From: Candidatus Gottesmanbacteria bacterium UBA6580
GTDB taxonomy: Bacteria; Patescibacteriota; Microgenomatia; UBA10105; UBA927
Assembly (NCBI GenBank): GCA_002433895.1
Contig: DJJA01000003.1
Span: 376,881 to 440,880 of the forward strand
Length of the DNA stretch: 64,000 nucleotides
Direction of reading: 5' to 3'
Positions within the stretch are counted from its first letter, which is position 1, and each line of letters begins with the position of its first letter. The position numbers and the translations under genes are program-made. The notes beneath the pieces are model-generated. The model saw only the letters and a program-made list of their open reading frames with translations. It did no database searches and had not been told where the DNA came from. Positions 1-11,848 of this stretch are shown in pieces.

Positions 1-2417
1 CAAAAAGCCCAGACTTTACCGCCCCTCTTAACGTAACTCTTGAGATGGAAACGGGTACGGGTAAGACTTACGTTTACCTCCGCTCCATTTTAGAGCTATA
101 TCAAAAATATGGACTATCTAAGTTTATTATCGTCGTCCCTACGGTAGCCATTAAAGAGGGCGTTATGAAGTCCCTAGCTATCACTAAAGACCATTTTAAG
201 GGTCTGTATAACAACTTGTCCTATGAGTACTACGAGTATGTATCTACTAAGCTAATGACCGTCCGAATGTTTGCGCAGTCCTCTCACCTGCAAATTATGG
301 TCATTACAAAAGACGCTTTTAATAAAGATAAAAATATCATCCATAACAACCATGACCGCATGGGAGATAAACCAATTTCTCTTATCCAAAAGACTAACCC
401 TATCGTTATCTTAGACGAACCACAGAAGATGGGTGGAGAGGCTACCCAATGGGGCATAAAAGAGCTTAACCCCCTCATAGTACTTAGATACTCTGCTACG
501 CATAGAGATATTGAAAATCTGGTTTACAAGCTTACCCCTTTTGACGCCTATGCCAAAGGTCTAGTTAAAAAAATAGAACTAGCGACCGTTGTAGAGGAAA
601 GCGACCCAAATACCAAAAAGATTATTCTGGAGAATATCTACTCCTCTGGAAGTAGCCTAAAAGCCAAAATAAAGGTGTTCATAAAGCAAGCAACATCCGT
701 GCAACTCAAAACTATTACTGTTGGCTCTGGTGATAACTTAGCTACTAAATCAAAAAATCCATATTACGACGGCTTTACCGTCTCCGAGATTAACTTAGGT
801 AATAACTACATTCTTTTTTCTAATGGTCTAAAGGTGTATGTGGGTCAATCCTCTGTAAATGAGGATGAAATAGTACGCATGATGGTACGTGAGATAGTTT
901 TAGAACACTTGGAAAAAAAGCGAAAGTTTAACCCACTTGGGATTAAGACCCTCTCTCTTTTCTTCATCCACCGTGTAGACGACTACCTACCAGTAGACGG
1001 GTGGCTCCGCAAAATGTTTGAGGAAGAGTACCAGAAAGCTACCAATGCCGACTACCAAGAGTTTAAGACCGCAAGAGTTGACAAGGTACACTCTGGGTAC
1101 TTCTCAGAGATGAAAAAAACCTCCTCAATAGAAAATGACGAGAAAGCCTACGAGCTGATTATGAAAGATAAGGAAAAATTGCTCTCCTTAGATAATCCCG
1201 TGGAGTTTATCTTTTCCCATTCTGCCCTACGTGAGGGATGGGACAACCCCAATATCTTTAATATCTGTACCTTAGCTTACTCAACCTCTGATATTAAAAA
1301 AAGACAGGAAATCGGACGAGGCTTGCGTCTAGTGGTAAACCAGCAAGGAGACCGCATATACGACCGAGATATAAACGTACTTACCGTAGTTACCAACGAA
1401 AGCTACCAAAATTATGTATCTGAATTGCAGACCGAGTTTAGAGATGAGGCAGGAGAAAGCGCCCCACCTGTAGAGCATAAGAAAAAACGAGTTAGCCTAA
1501 CCCTAAAAGATGACGCATTAGCTAACAAGAGCTTCCAGAGCCTTTGGAAGTTACTAGCAAAGCGGGCTAAGTTTGTTGTCTCTATGCAAGAAGAGGAAAT
1601 AATAAGTAAGTGTGTAGATGAAATTAACAAAATTGACGAAAGTAATATCCGAGAAATTCGGGTACGCATTACTAAAACAGGAATAGACACACTTCTACTT
1701 GATGATATTAGAGGCAACATCGTAAGCGACCGAAGCTACGAAATCGGAGCCTCTAAACAGCTACCTAACATTATTGCCCTCCTCCAAGCCGATACTAAGC
1801 TCACCAAGAAAACCCTATTAGCCATACTCCAAAGGGTAAATAATTTTGACCTGTTTTTCAAAAACTCCTACCAGTATGCAAGCCTCGTTTCCTACGCCAT
1901 TAAAACCGTCATATCAGACCTAGCCTCTAAAGGTATTAGCTATGTAGAGATTAGCGACAATTACGGATTATCGCTTTTTAATAAAGAAGTCCAGACTTAC
2001 GAAAAGTATTTAGTAAAGCTAGAGAGCGCCAAGACCCTCTATAAAACAGCAAATAACGGACAAGTGGACGCAGTCATTATTGACCCCAGCCCGTCCGTAG
2101 AGGGTGTATCACAGCCAGAGAAAAGGTTTGCCGAGAACGCAGACCGCAACGATACGGTTAAGTTTTTCTTTAAGCTCCCAGACACCTACTCTATCGCAAC
2201 TCCCGCAGGGCAATATACACCAGACTGGGCGGTAGTAGTTGAAAATGGCGACCATAACCAAGTCTATTTTGTAGCAGAAACTAAGGATACTAATATCATT
2301 AGTAGTCTCCGCCAAGAGGAGCAGATAAAAATACTCTCTGCACGAGCTATGTTTAAGGAAGTCATGCCAGAGGTCATTTTCAAAGCTCCCGTAAGCGAGT
2401 TTAGCGACCTTGCATGA
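1..2417 (+). CDS. res: Type III restriction endonuclease Res subunit (helicase plus C-terminal PD-ExK nuclease); 5'-truncated at window edge, frame open to nt 3
   Basis: Walker A TGTGKT, DEPQ box, helicase motif QEIGRGLRL, C-terminal PDWAVVVE...VYFVAETKD nuclease motif; no stop upstream of first Met. Confidence 0.75.
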   Translation, partial: KSPDFTAPLNVTLEMETGTGKTYVYLRSILELYQKYGLSKFIIVVPTVAIKEGVMKSLAITKDHFKGLYNNLSYEYYEYVSTKLMTVRMFAQSSHLQIMVITKDAFNKDKNIIHNNHDRMGDKPISLIQKTNPIVILDEPQKMGGEATQWGIKELNPLIVLRYSATHRDIENLVYKLTPFDAYAKGLVKKIELATVVEESDPNTKKIILENIYSSGSSLKAKIKVFIKQATSVQLKTITVGSGDNLATKSKNPYYDGFTVSEINLGNNYILFSNGLKVYVGQSSVNEDEIVRMMVREIVLEHLEKKRKFNPLGIKTLSLFFIHRVDDYLPVDGWLRKMFEEEYQKATNADYQEFKTARVDKVHSGYFSEMKKTSSIENDEKAYELIMKDKEKLLSLDNPVEFIFSHSALREGWDNPNIFNICTLAYSTSDIKKRQEIGRGLRLVVNQQGDRIYDRDINVLTVVTNESYQNYVSELQTEFRDEAGESAPPVEHKKKRVSLTLKDDALANKSFQSLWKLLAKRAKFVVSMQEEEIISKCVDEINKIDESNIREIRVRITKTGIDTLLLDDIRGNIVSDRSYEIGASKQLPNIIALLQADTKLTKKTLLAILQRVNNFDLFFKNSYQYASLVSYAIKTVISDLASKGISYVEISDNYGLSLFNKEVQTYEKYLVKLESAKTLYKTANNGQVDAVIIDPSPSVEGVSQPEKRFAENADRNDTVKFFFKLPDTYSIATPAGQYTPDWAVVVENGDHNQVYFVAETKDTNIISSLRQEEQIKILSARAMFKEVMPEVIFKAPVSEFSDLA

Positions 2418-2584
2418 TAAGCCAAAAAAGTACTGATAATCTGAAAAAGATATTTAAGGAGGAGTACAAAGCCGACTTAACAGACGAAGAGGCAAAGGAA
2501 GCAGGTCAAAAGTTGGTGGACTACTTTAGCCTTTTAATAGAGATTGATAAAAAGGCAAAAATTGTTAGGAAAAATGAAATATAA
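2414..2584 (+). CDS. Small hypothetical protein (56 aa), translationally coupled to res via ATGA overlap
   Basis: ATG overlaps the res TGA stop; continuous 56-codon frame ending 3 nt before the recombinase ATG; no homology recognised. Confidence 0.3.
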   Translation: MISQKSTDNLKKIFKEEYKADLTDEEAKEAGQKLVDYFSLLIEIDKKAKIVRKNEI

Positions 2585-2586
2585 AT

Positions 2587-4203
<1,617 letters not shown>

Positions 4204-4481
4204 TTTTTTGTAATTCGGATCAATTCCTTTTTGGGACGAAACTTACGGTTTCCTCCCAACCTGCCCGTAATGCTACGCAACGCGTTGCAGGCGGACTTTT
4301 CCCTAAATAGGTGCCGCGAACTATTCAGATCTCAACCGTACGTTCGCGACAGGTATTATCTTTGTTAAAGAGTAAAGGTCACAAAATACCCTTGACCAAT
4401 CCTTGTATTCTATCATTTATTGTGTAAGAATGGGAATAATTTCAGTTCTGCCCCAATATATTTTTTCCACAGGAGGTATTT

Positions 4482-5513
4482 ATGGCACAAGATCAGAAGC
4501 TTCAGGCTATCAGGTTGGCGATGGAGACGATTGAAAAGCAGTATGGCAAAGGCTCCATCATGAAGCTTGGCGAGCGGGCAAATGTCCATGACGCGATTGA
4601 TGTGGTTCCTACGGGTATTCTCCCGCTTGATCTCGCCCTCGGCGTCGGGGGAGTGCCGCGCGGAAGAATTGTAGAAATTTATGGTCCTGAAGCATCAGGA
4701 AAAACAACGGTCTGTTTGTCGATTATCGCGGAAGCGCAAAAATCAGGGGGTGTAGCCGCATTTATCGATGCGGAACACGCGTTGGATCCGCAGTGGGCAG
4801 AAGTGCTGGGGGTAAAGCTTGATAATCTGCTTATTTCCCAACCCGACACTGGAGAGCAGGCACTCGAAATTGCTGAAACACTGATTAGAAGTGGCGGCAT
4901 TGATGTCATCGTCATTGATTCCGTCGCGGCATTGGTGCCGAGAGCCGAAATCGAAGGTGAGATGGGCGACAGCATGATGGGGGTGCATGCCCGGTTGATG
5001 TCCCAGGCGCTCCGTAAATTAACTGCGGTGATTTCGAAATCTAAAACGATTGTGATATTTACCAATCAATTGCGGCAAAAAATCGGCGTCATGTTCGGTA
5101 ATCCTGAAACGACTACCGGAGGTATGGCGCTTAAGTTCTATGCGAGCATCCGGATGGACAGCAGAAAGATTGAAACCCTCAAAGACGGGGATAAGGTGAT
5201 CGGGAGCAGGCACCGGGTAAGGATTGTAAAAAATAAAGTCTCCCCACCGTTCCGGCTTGCGGAATATGATGTGATGCACGACGGTATTTCCAAAGAAGGA
5301 GCGCTTTTGGATGTCGGGGTAGAACTGGGAGTGCTGAATAAATCCGGTGCGTTCCTAAAATACGGCACGCAAATGCTCGGTCAGGGGAAAGAAGCCGCCA
5401 AGCTGTTCCTCAAGGAAAACGGCAAGTTATTTAAGGAAATATCAGAGGCTATCTGGAAAGCCGTAAAATCAGGTCACGCGTCACTCAAAGTCGCGCACAC
5501 TGAAGAAGCCTGA
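4482..5513 (+). CDS. recA: Recombinase RecA
   Basis: Full-length RecA: GPEASGKTT Walker A, characteristic L1/L2 region; SD AGGAGG 7 nt upstream. Confidence 0.95.
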   Translation: MAQDQKLQAIRLAMETIEKQYGKGSIMKLGERANVHDAIDVVPTGILPLDLALGVGGVPRGRIVEIYGPEASGKTTVCLSIIAEAQKSGGVAAFIDAEHALDPQWAEVLGVKLDNLLISQPDTGEQALEIAETLIRSGGIDVIVIDSVAALVPRAEIEGEMGDSMMGVHARLMSQALRKLTAVISKSKTIVIFTNQLRQKIGVMFGNPETTTGGMALKFYASIRMDSRKIETLKDGDKVIGSRHRVRIVKNKVSPPFRLAEYDVMHDGISKEGALLDVGVELGVLNKSGAFLKYGTQMLGQGKEAAKLFLKENGKLFKEISEAIWKAVKSGHASLKVAHTEEA

Positions 5514-6287
5514 TTATTTTTTCTTAAATCCTTCGAGCGCGTGCAGAATTTCGAGAGGAATCGCAAACACGACCGTATTTGACTGATCAGACGAGATATC
5601 GTTTATCGAATTGAGTGTCCGGAGGTGTAAAGCTCCCGGAATTCCCGACATTGTTTTTGCCGCTACAGCAAGGTTCTTTGAGGCAATCACTTCTCCTTCT
5701 GAGTTGATGATCGTCGCTCTCTTTTCGCGTTCCGCTTCCGCCTGCTTTGCCATGGTGCGCACCATGGATTCCGGAAGTTTTATGTCCTTAAGTTCTACAC
5801 TCGAAACATCGAGTCCCCACAGACCTGCTGATTTTTCTACTATGTCTCGAATTTTGACGGCAAGCTCATGTCGTTGTGTCAGGAGCTGGTCAAGGGTGAC
5901 TTCGCCGATGACGTTGCGCATCGTGGTTTGCGCGAGTTGTGATACTGCCCAGTAAAAATTTTCTACCTCGAGGATAGCTTTTTGGGCGTCAGTAATTTTG
6001 TAGTAAATGACCGCAGTGATTTTGGTGCTTACGTTGTCTTTGGTGATCACTTCCTGATCGGGTTCTTCTACCACTTTGGTACGGATGTCTACTTTCTGCC
6101 ACGTCTGAAAGACGGGGAGCACGATGCGCCATCCGGGCTTAAGGATGCCAGAGAATTTCCCAAAGGTAAATTGTATACCGCGTTCGTATTCATTAATTTG
6201 CTTGAGGGACGATAAGATAATGACAAGTAAGCCTACAAGTATCGGGGTCATGCCGGCAAATAGTAATTCCATAGTGTGCTTATTCAC
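5514..6287 (-). CDS. SPFH/Band-7 (stomatin/prohibitin-like) membrane protein
   Basis: N-terminal TM helix followed by SPFH domain and C-terminal EAEREKRA coiled-coil segment; stop abuts recA stop with zero gap. Confidence 0.75.
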   Translation of the reverse strand: MNKHTMELLFAGMTPILVGLLVIILSSLKQINEYERGIQFTFGKFSGILKPGWRIVLPVFQTWQKVDIRTKVVEEPDQEVITKDNVSTKITAVIYYKITDAQKAILEVENFYWAVSQLAQTTMRNVIGEVTLDQLLTQRHELAVKIRDIVEKSAGLWGLDVSSVELKDIKLPESMVRTMAKQAEAEREKRATIINSEGEVIASKNLAVAAKTMSGIPGALHLRTLNSINDISSDQSNTVVFAIPLEILHALEGFKKK

Positions 6288-6325
6288 TCATAGTATATAC
6301 TGCAATTATTGTTGGAACAAGAAGG

Positions 6326-6838
6326 GTGAGAAGCGTTATGGATACTGATCAATCGGAAGTATACGAAAAGCTCATGGCGCAAGCGATCCGCTTTGTGTCG
6401 TATAGACCCAGAAGCGAAAAAGAAATCAGGGATTATCTGACTCAAAAACTGTCACGAAGCCATACCACCGCCCCGCTGGTACTTGCGCACGCGCTCCGGC
6501 GTCTCACTGAGCTCGGATATATCAATGACACGGAATTTAGCGCCTGGTGGGTTGGGCAGCGTACCGGCAGAAAACCAAAAGGGGCACGGGTGATACGTAT
6601 GGAGCTCGTCCGTAAAGGAATAGCGCCTGAGATTATTGAAGACGCCCTACGCGAGGGGATGAAAGGTGAGCAGTCAGAAGTAAATTTGGCAAAGGCCACG
6701 GCAAATAAAAAGCGGGACACCTGGAAGCATTTGCCCCTGCAGGAACAGAAACGGAAGCTGTCTGACTATCTTTTACGGCGCGGGTTTTCATCAGAGATAA
6801 GCTGGGGTGTCGTTGACGATATACTCACAAACGTGTAA
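6326..6838 (+). CDS. recX: Regulatory protein RecX
   Basis: RecX-like repeats (SEKEIRDYLTQKL...; GYINDTEFSAWWV); positioned just after recA. Confidence 0.7.
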   Translation: MRSVMDTDQSEVYEKLMAQAIRFVSYRPRSEKEIRDYLTQKLSRSHTTAPLVLAHALRRLTELGYINDTEFSAWWVGQRTGRKPKGARVIRMELVRKGIAPEIIEDALREGMKGEQSEVNLAKATANKKRDTWKHLPLQEQKRKLSDYLLRRGFSSEISWGVVDDILTNV

Positions 6839-7017
6839 AATACCAGGTATAGGCAGAGGATGTACCCTGCCATCAAGCGAATTATAAAGATCAGCAAAAC
6901 TGAATTTTTGTAGGAACATGAGATATATACGAACCACAGATTCTCCTACAGACGCCGCCTAAAGATTGCGCGGTCATTTTTGCTGCATTTTTTCTTCGCC
7001 TTTAAGAAAGGAATCAT

Positions 7018-8583
7018 ATGTTTGATGTACTCAAAACGTTATCGGGGTTAGTAAAACCCAAGAACACCCGTGGAGTTAGTGTAAAGGTAGCGCCGGTAGA
7101 AGACACAGCGCCTGTTATGCAGGCACAACCCGCTGCTAAAAAAGTCAAAAAAGGCGCTCAGCAACAGCCGCAACAGCCGGCAGTGCCCACCGTTGATGTC
7201 GACGCAATGCGGAAGCTCGCGGAAGCGCAGGCCCGGGAGATTATCCTGGAAGCCAAAGACGAAGCGCTCAGAATTCGTCGTGACGCGGAGACGGATGTCC
7301 GCAGACTGGAAAGCAGTGTGCGGGAACGGGAGATCGCCGCGGACCGCAAGGACGCAGCGCTTACAGATAGGGAGAAACGGGTAATCGAGTCAGAAGCCAT
7401 GATCATAAAGAAGCGTGAGGAAGCGGAACAAATTCGGCAACAAACCATTGATAAGTTGGAAAAAACCGCGCATCTTACCCGCGATGAAGCAAAAGAAATA
7501 ATCCTTTCTGAATTGCGTAACGAGTTGGACGCAGATATGGCGCGTGAAATCAAAGAAGCAGAGGCGGAAGCGCGCCTCGAGGCAGAGACCAAAGCCCGTG
7601 AGATATTGGTGGATGCCATGAAACATGGTGCCACCGATTACGTGCCGGAATACACGGTGTCGGTTATCAAAGTCACGGATGAAGAAGTAAAAGGCAGGAT
7701 TATTGGTAAAGAAGGCCGGAACATCCGTGCGTTTGAAACCGCGACCGGAGTAGACGTAGACCTCGACGAAGAAGGGGTTATCAGACTTTCCAGCTTTGAT
7801 CCGGTACGCCGTGAAATTGCCAGGGTGACGTTGGAACGGTTGCTCCGGGATGGCCGTGTACAGCCAGGGCGCATTGAAGAGCTCATTGAACAGGTGAAAA
7901 AAGAAACAGAACGCATCATGTTTGAGGAGGGGCAGAAGCTATGTCACTCTGTGGGGGTTTACAATCTCCCGCCGCCACTGATTGCCATGTTGGGGAGATT
8001 TAAGTACCGATACTCATTTGGTCAAAATATGATTGCCCACACGATGGAAGAAACAAAGATCGGTGTGGCTATCGCCCATGAGATCGGCGCAGACGTGAAT
8101 GTCGTACGCTTGGGGTGTTTGCTCCATGACATCGGTAAAATCGTTGCCGATAAAGAAGGAAACCATGTGGAGTTGGGAGTCGAGCTGTGTAAGAAATACG
8201 GCTTACCCCAGAAGGTAATCGATTGCGTAGCTCAACATCACGAAGACTCCGCATTCACGAGCGCGGAATCGATGCTTGTGTATATCGCCGACGCGATATC
8301 CGGAAGCCGTCCCGGTGCACGGTATGAAAATTATGACGAGTACGTCAAGCGCCTCAAAGATCTTGAGGAAATCGCCAAGTCCCACAAGGGAGTGACCGAG
8401 AGCTTTGCGTTCCAGGCAGGAAGAGAAATCCGCGTCATCGTCGATCCAGGGACAGTTTCTGACGCCACCACGGCGGTACTGGCCAAAGAGATCCGTGATG
8501 AAATCGCCAAAAAGGTGATCGTGCCAGGAAGCGTCAAGGTGACGGTTATCCGCGAATTACGCGCGACAGAGGTAGTCAAATAA
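7018..8583 (+). CDS. rny: Ribonuclease Y (KH + HD domains), lacks the usual N-terminal membrane helix
   Basis: KH motif IGKEGRNIRAFE, HD motif LLHDIGK, C-terminal RNase Y architecture; RBS AAAGGA; in-frame stop 5 codons upstream of ATG. Confidence 0.85.
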   Translation: MFDVLKTLSGLVKPKNTRGVSVKVAPVEDTAPVMQAQPAAKKVKKGAQQQPQQPAVPTVDVDAMRKLAEAQAREIILEAKDEALRIRRDAETDVRRLESSVREREIAADRKDAALTDREKRVIESEAMIIKKREEAEQIRQQTIDKLEKTAHLTRDEAKEIILSELRNELDADMAREIKEAEAEARLEAETKAREILVDAMKHGATDYVPEYTVSVIKVTDEEVKGRIIGKEGRNIRAFETATGVDVDLDEEGVIRLSSFDPVRREIARVTLERLLRDGRVQPGRIEELIEQVKKETERIMFEEGQKLCHSVGVYNLPPPLIAMLGRFKYRYSFGQNMIAHTMEETKIGVAIAHEIGADVNVVRLGCLLHDIGKIVADKEGNHVELGVELCKKYGLPQKVIDCVAQHHEDSAFTSAESMLVYIADAISGSRPGARYENYDEYVKRLKDLEEIAKSHKGVTESFAFQAGREIRVIVDPGTVSDATTAVLAKEIRDEIAKKVIVPGSVKVTVIRELRATEVVK

Positions 8584-8773
8584 GCTATTCGGGACAAAAC
8601 CTGCGGTTTTTTCCCGACGTAGCGTCGGGCTTAGCCCGAGGAAAACCGCTACTGCTCTTTTTCCCTCAATAGCACATGGGTTGTGCAACTTTTATTATTG
8701 GATTGTCGGGACGACCCAAAATATCTATCTGTTACGATTTAGATTGTTACAGTGCGATGTATTAAATGATAGG

Positions 8774-8802
8774 TTGACAGTACGCGCTATATCTTTTACA
8801 GT
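8774..8802 (+). promoter_or_regulatory. Candidate sigma70 promoter for hup (TTGACA-17-TACAGT)
   Basis: Consensus -35 TTGACA at 8774-8779, 17-nt spacer, -10 TACAGT; about 80 nt upstream of hup. Confidence 0.3.
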
Positions 8803-8883
8803 GCCTCTTAGAGATTGTTGCAACAATCCCTTAAAAAAAATGTCTTGTCAGAACCCTCTGCCCAAGAGGAGGTGAATATCTAC

Positions 8884-9156
8884 ATGACTAAAGCAGATCT
8901 CGTCGATGTCGTAGCGAAAAAAGCTAATCTCACCGCCAAAGCAGCTCGCGAAGCAGTCGCAGCAGTATTTGGAGCCGTTACCGATGCATTGAAAAAAGGT
9001 GACAAGGTGGTGGTTACCGGATTTGGTACCTTTATGGTACGAAGCCGCAAAGCACGAACTGGCCGCAACCCGCAAACAGGGTCAGCGATCAATATTCCTG
9101 CACGCAAGACTCCTGGTTTTACCGCCGGGAAAGCATTAAAAAAAGTCGTTCGCTAA
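8884..9156 (+). CDS. hup: DNA-binding protein HU
   Basis: MTKADLVDVVAKK...GFGTF...RNPQTG HU signature; SD AAGAGGAGG 8 nt upstream of the ATG at 8884 (track ORF starts earlier at 8815). Confidence 0.9.
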   Translation: MTKADLVDVVAKKANLTAKAAREAVAAVFGAVTDALKKGDKVVVTGFGTFMVRSRKARTGRNPQTGSAINIPARKTPGFTAGKALKKVVR

Positions 9157-9237
9157 ATTGTTTGACTTTTTCCAAATCAGAGGCTCGCTTTCTCAAAAAG
9201 GCGGGTCTCTTTTGGTATATACTAGGGAGGAAAGTCT

Positions 9238-10218
9238 ATGGTAATTTCGGTATCACACCTTTCAAAGCATTATGAAGTGCATAAAAAAGAACCGGGTTTT
9301 GCCGCTTCGGTGCGGTCGTTGTTTCACCGGAATTATGAATCAGTCGCGGCAGTTGATGACATATCGTTTGAGATAGGGAAAGGTGAGCTTGTCGGATTTA
9401 TCGGACCAAACGGCGCCGGGAAAACGACCACCCTGAAGTGTTTAACCGGCTTGCTCTATCCCACTTCAGGACATGTTTCCGTATTGGGGAGCGTGCCGTT
9501 TGTACGCGATCACGCGTATTTACGCCGGATCGCGCTGGTGATGGGACAAAAAAACCAGTTGTGGTGGGATTTACCTGCGCAGGAAACGTTTCTTCTCAAT
9601 AAAGAAATTTATGGTATCGGGGACGAAGAATATAAAAAAAATATCGGTGAATTGACGTCGCTGTTGGACGTAGAAGAGATGGTAAAAATTCCTGTCCGCA
9701 AGCTGTCGCTCGGCGAGCGGATGAAAATGGAACTTATTGCCGCGCTGATACACGCACCGGAAGTGCTGTTTCTTGATGAGCCAACCATAGGGCTTGATGT
9801 TGTGATGCAGAAAAAGATGCGTGATTTTGTAGCATCATATAACTCGCTTCACCGTTCGACGATAGTGCTGACTTCCCATTACATGGAAGATGTCCGGCAG
9901 CTGGCAAAGCGGGTCATCATTATCGATCATGGGAAAATTATGTATGACGGGGCGCTTGAGCGGTTGGTAAAGCGGTTCGCTAAACATAAACTTTTGTCTG
10001 TTGTGTTGGACGAGTATGTACCTCCTGAAAGGCTTGAAAAAATTGGGGAATTGGTTTCCTATTCATTTCCTAAAGTTGTCATCAAGGTAAGCAGAAACGC
10101 TTCGAGCCTGGCAGCAGCAGAGCTTTTACAGCATTTTCCTGTTGATGATCTGAATATTGAAGAGCCTGACATCGAAGATGTTATCCGGGATGTGTTTGCG
10201 GGTAACAAAAAAATATGA
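9238..10218 (+). CDS. ABC transporter ATP-binding protein
   Basis: Walker A GPNGAGKTT, ABC signature LSLGERMKM, Walker B LFLDEPT. Confidence 0.9.
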   Translation: MVISVSHLSKHYEVHKKEPGFAASVRSLFHRNYESVAAVDDISFEIGKGELVGFIGPNGAGKTTTLKCLTGLLYPTSGHVSVLGSVPFVRDHAYLRRIALVMGQKNQLWWDLPAQETFLLNKEIYGIGDEEYKKNIGELTSLLDVEEMVKIPVRKLSLGERMKMELIAALIHAPEVLFLDEPTIGLDVVMQKKMRDFVASYNSLHRSTIVLTSHYMEDVRQLAKRVIIIDHGKIMYDGALERLVKRFAKHKLLSVVLDEYVPPERLEKIGELVSYSFPKVVIKVSRNASSLAAAELLQHFPVDDLNIEEPDIEDVIRDVFAGNKKI

Positions 10219-11009
10219 AACGGCTGCTGACTATTTTTCTGTTGTATGCGCAGCACGCACTGGAATACAAAGCCCGTTCATTTGTTTGGTTTTTTGTTAT
10301 CCTTATCGATGTCGTTGTGTACCTCCTATATTGGCGCGGCGTGTTAACAAATCCATCCGGTGCGCAGATATGGTCTTTTTCTGAAGCGATTTCTTACTAT
10401 TTGTTGCTGCTCGTCGCCGGTTCATTTTTGCAGGTGCATATAGAGGAAGAAGTCGCATTTGAAGATATACAGTACGGACGGTTATCCCAATATTTACTCC
10501 GGCCGTTTTCGTATACGAAATTTAAATTTTTTCAGGAATTGCCGTGGCGGATAATACAGGGAGGATTTGGGGTCATCACGTTGTTGGGTATATCGGTATT
10601 TATCCGCCGTCCGGAATTGGTTTCTGACATGCGGCTTGTACCGCTTGTCGCCGCTATTGTCATAAGCGCATATCTGTTGTGCTTTTTTTATAAAATGATT
10701 GTCGGTCTTATCGCGTTTTGGACGATTGATTTTTCGGGATTTCAGAATATCCAGACAATCATTTTTATATTGTTTAGCGGTATATTGGTGCCGCTGCATT
10801 TATTGCCTGATTCAATCAGGGCATTTGCCCTTTTTCAGCCGGTTGCCTACATGTTGTATTATCCGGTGCGTGCCACACAAGGAGTATTGGGGGTAACTGA
10901 ATTATGGCAGGTGTTAGGTATGCAGTGGGCATGGCTTATTCTGCTTTTGGGTGTCTACCGTACGATGTGGAGGCATGGTTTGCGGCAATTTACTGCTGTG
11001 GGGCAATAA
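10215..11009 (+). CDS. ABC-2 family transporter permease
   Basis: Six predicted TM helices; start overlaps the ATPase gene stop (operon). Confidence 0.7.
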   Translation: MKRLLTIFLLYAQHALEYKARSFVWFFVILIDVVVYLLYWRGVLTNPSGAQIWSFSEAISYYLLLLVAGSFLQVHIEEEVAFEDIQYGRLSQYLLRPFSYTKFKFFQELPWRIIQGGFGVITLLGISVFIRRPELVSDMRLVPLVAAIVISAYLLCFFYKMIVGLIAFWTIDFSGFQNIQTIIFILFSGILVPLHLLPDSIRAFALFQPVAYMLYYPVRATQGVLGVTELWQVLGMQWAWLILLLGVYRTMWRHGLRQFTAVGQ

Positions 11010-11012
11010 ATT

Positions 11013-11801
11013 ATGAAACGTTATTTTTCTATTTACCGTCAGCTTCTCCGGCTCAATTTAGCCTCGCTGCTGACTTACCGGGTGAATTTCTTCAACAATA
11101 TTATTGCCAGCATCGGGTGGGGGGCCATGTCTTTATATAGCGTCATTATGCTGACCGCCCGGGTAACTGACGCATACGGGTGGCAACGTGCGGAATTGCT
11201 GTTATTCAATGGTATATACGGGGTGATTGTCGGCATATTCCATATGTTTATCAGTATCAATATGGGGCGGTTGTCGAAAGTAATCCACATGGGGGAGCTG
11301 GATGGAATTTTATTAAAACCCATTGATTCGCAGTTTGCGGTGAGTTTGTGGATGGTAAATTTTGCGACCATCTTCCGTATTCTGATGGCGTTGGGATATA
11401 CGGTGTGGATCACCGGACAATTACATTTGGCGCTCACTGTGCCACAGTTGTTACTTTTCGTCGTTCTTGCGTTATCTGCCCTTATACTTCTTTACTCGCT
11501 TTGGTTTCTGATACTTACGAACCTTATATGGTTTTCCAATATGACCAATCTCGTGTTGTTTATGTATTCATTTGAAAGTATGGCGAGATTTCCGAAAGAG
11601 ATGCTGCAGCAACTCTCATCTTTTCTGTTTGTTTTTGTCATGCCGCTCGCGCTTGTTATCAATACCCCGTCACGGGCATTACTCGCGAAACTTGATTACA
11701 AGGACGCGTTGGCGGTGCTCGTCCTTGCTGCAGGGATGTGGGCAGCCTCCCGCTGGTATTGGCGGTTTGCGCTCCGTCATTACACGAGCGCCAGTAGTTA
11801 A
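11013..11801 (+). CDS. ABC-2 family transporter permease (second subunit)
   Basis: Polytopic membrane protein immediately downstream in the same operon. Confidence 0.7.
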   Translation: MKRYFSIYRQLLRLNLASLLTYRVNFFNNIIASIGWGAMSLYSVIMLTARVTDAYGWQRAELLLFNGIYGVIVGIFHMFISINMGRLSKVIHMGELDGILLKPIDSQFAVSLWMVNFATIFRILMALGYTVWITGQLHLALTVPQLLLFVVLALSALILLYSLWFLILTNLIWFSNMTNLVLFMYSFESMARFPKEMLQQLSSFLFVFVMPLALVINTPSRALLAKLDYKDALAVLVLAAGMWAASRWYWRFALRHYTSASS

Positions 11802-11848
11802 TAGATCATACTTGCAGACATTGATGTAAGTTACTATACTTAATCTAT

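Noticed and set aside
4204-4481. Possible additional tRNA or attachment-site repeat between tRNA-Pro and recA
   Set aside because: No cloverleaf-compatible segment and no copy of the tRNA-Pro 3' end was found; the region is treated as the recA promoter/5' UTR.
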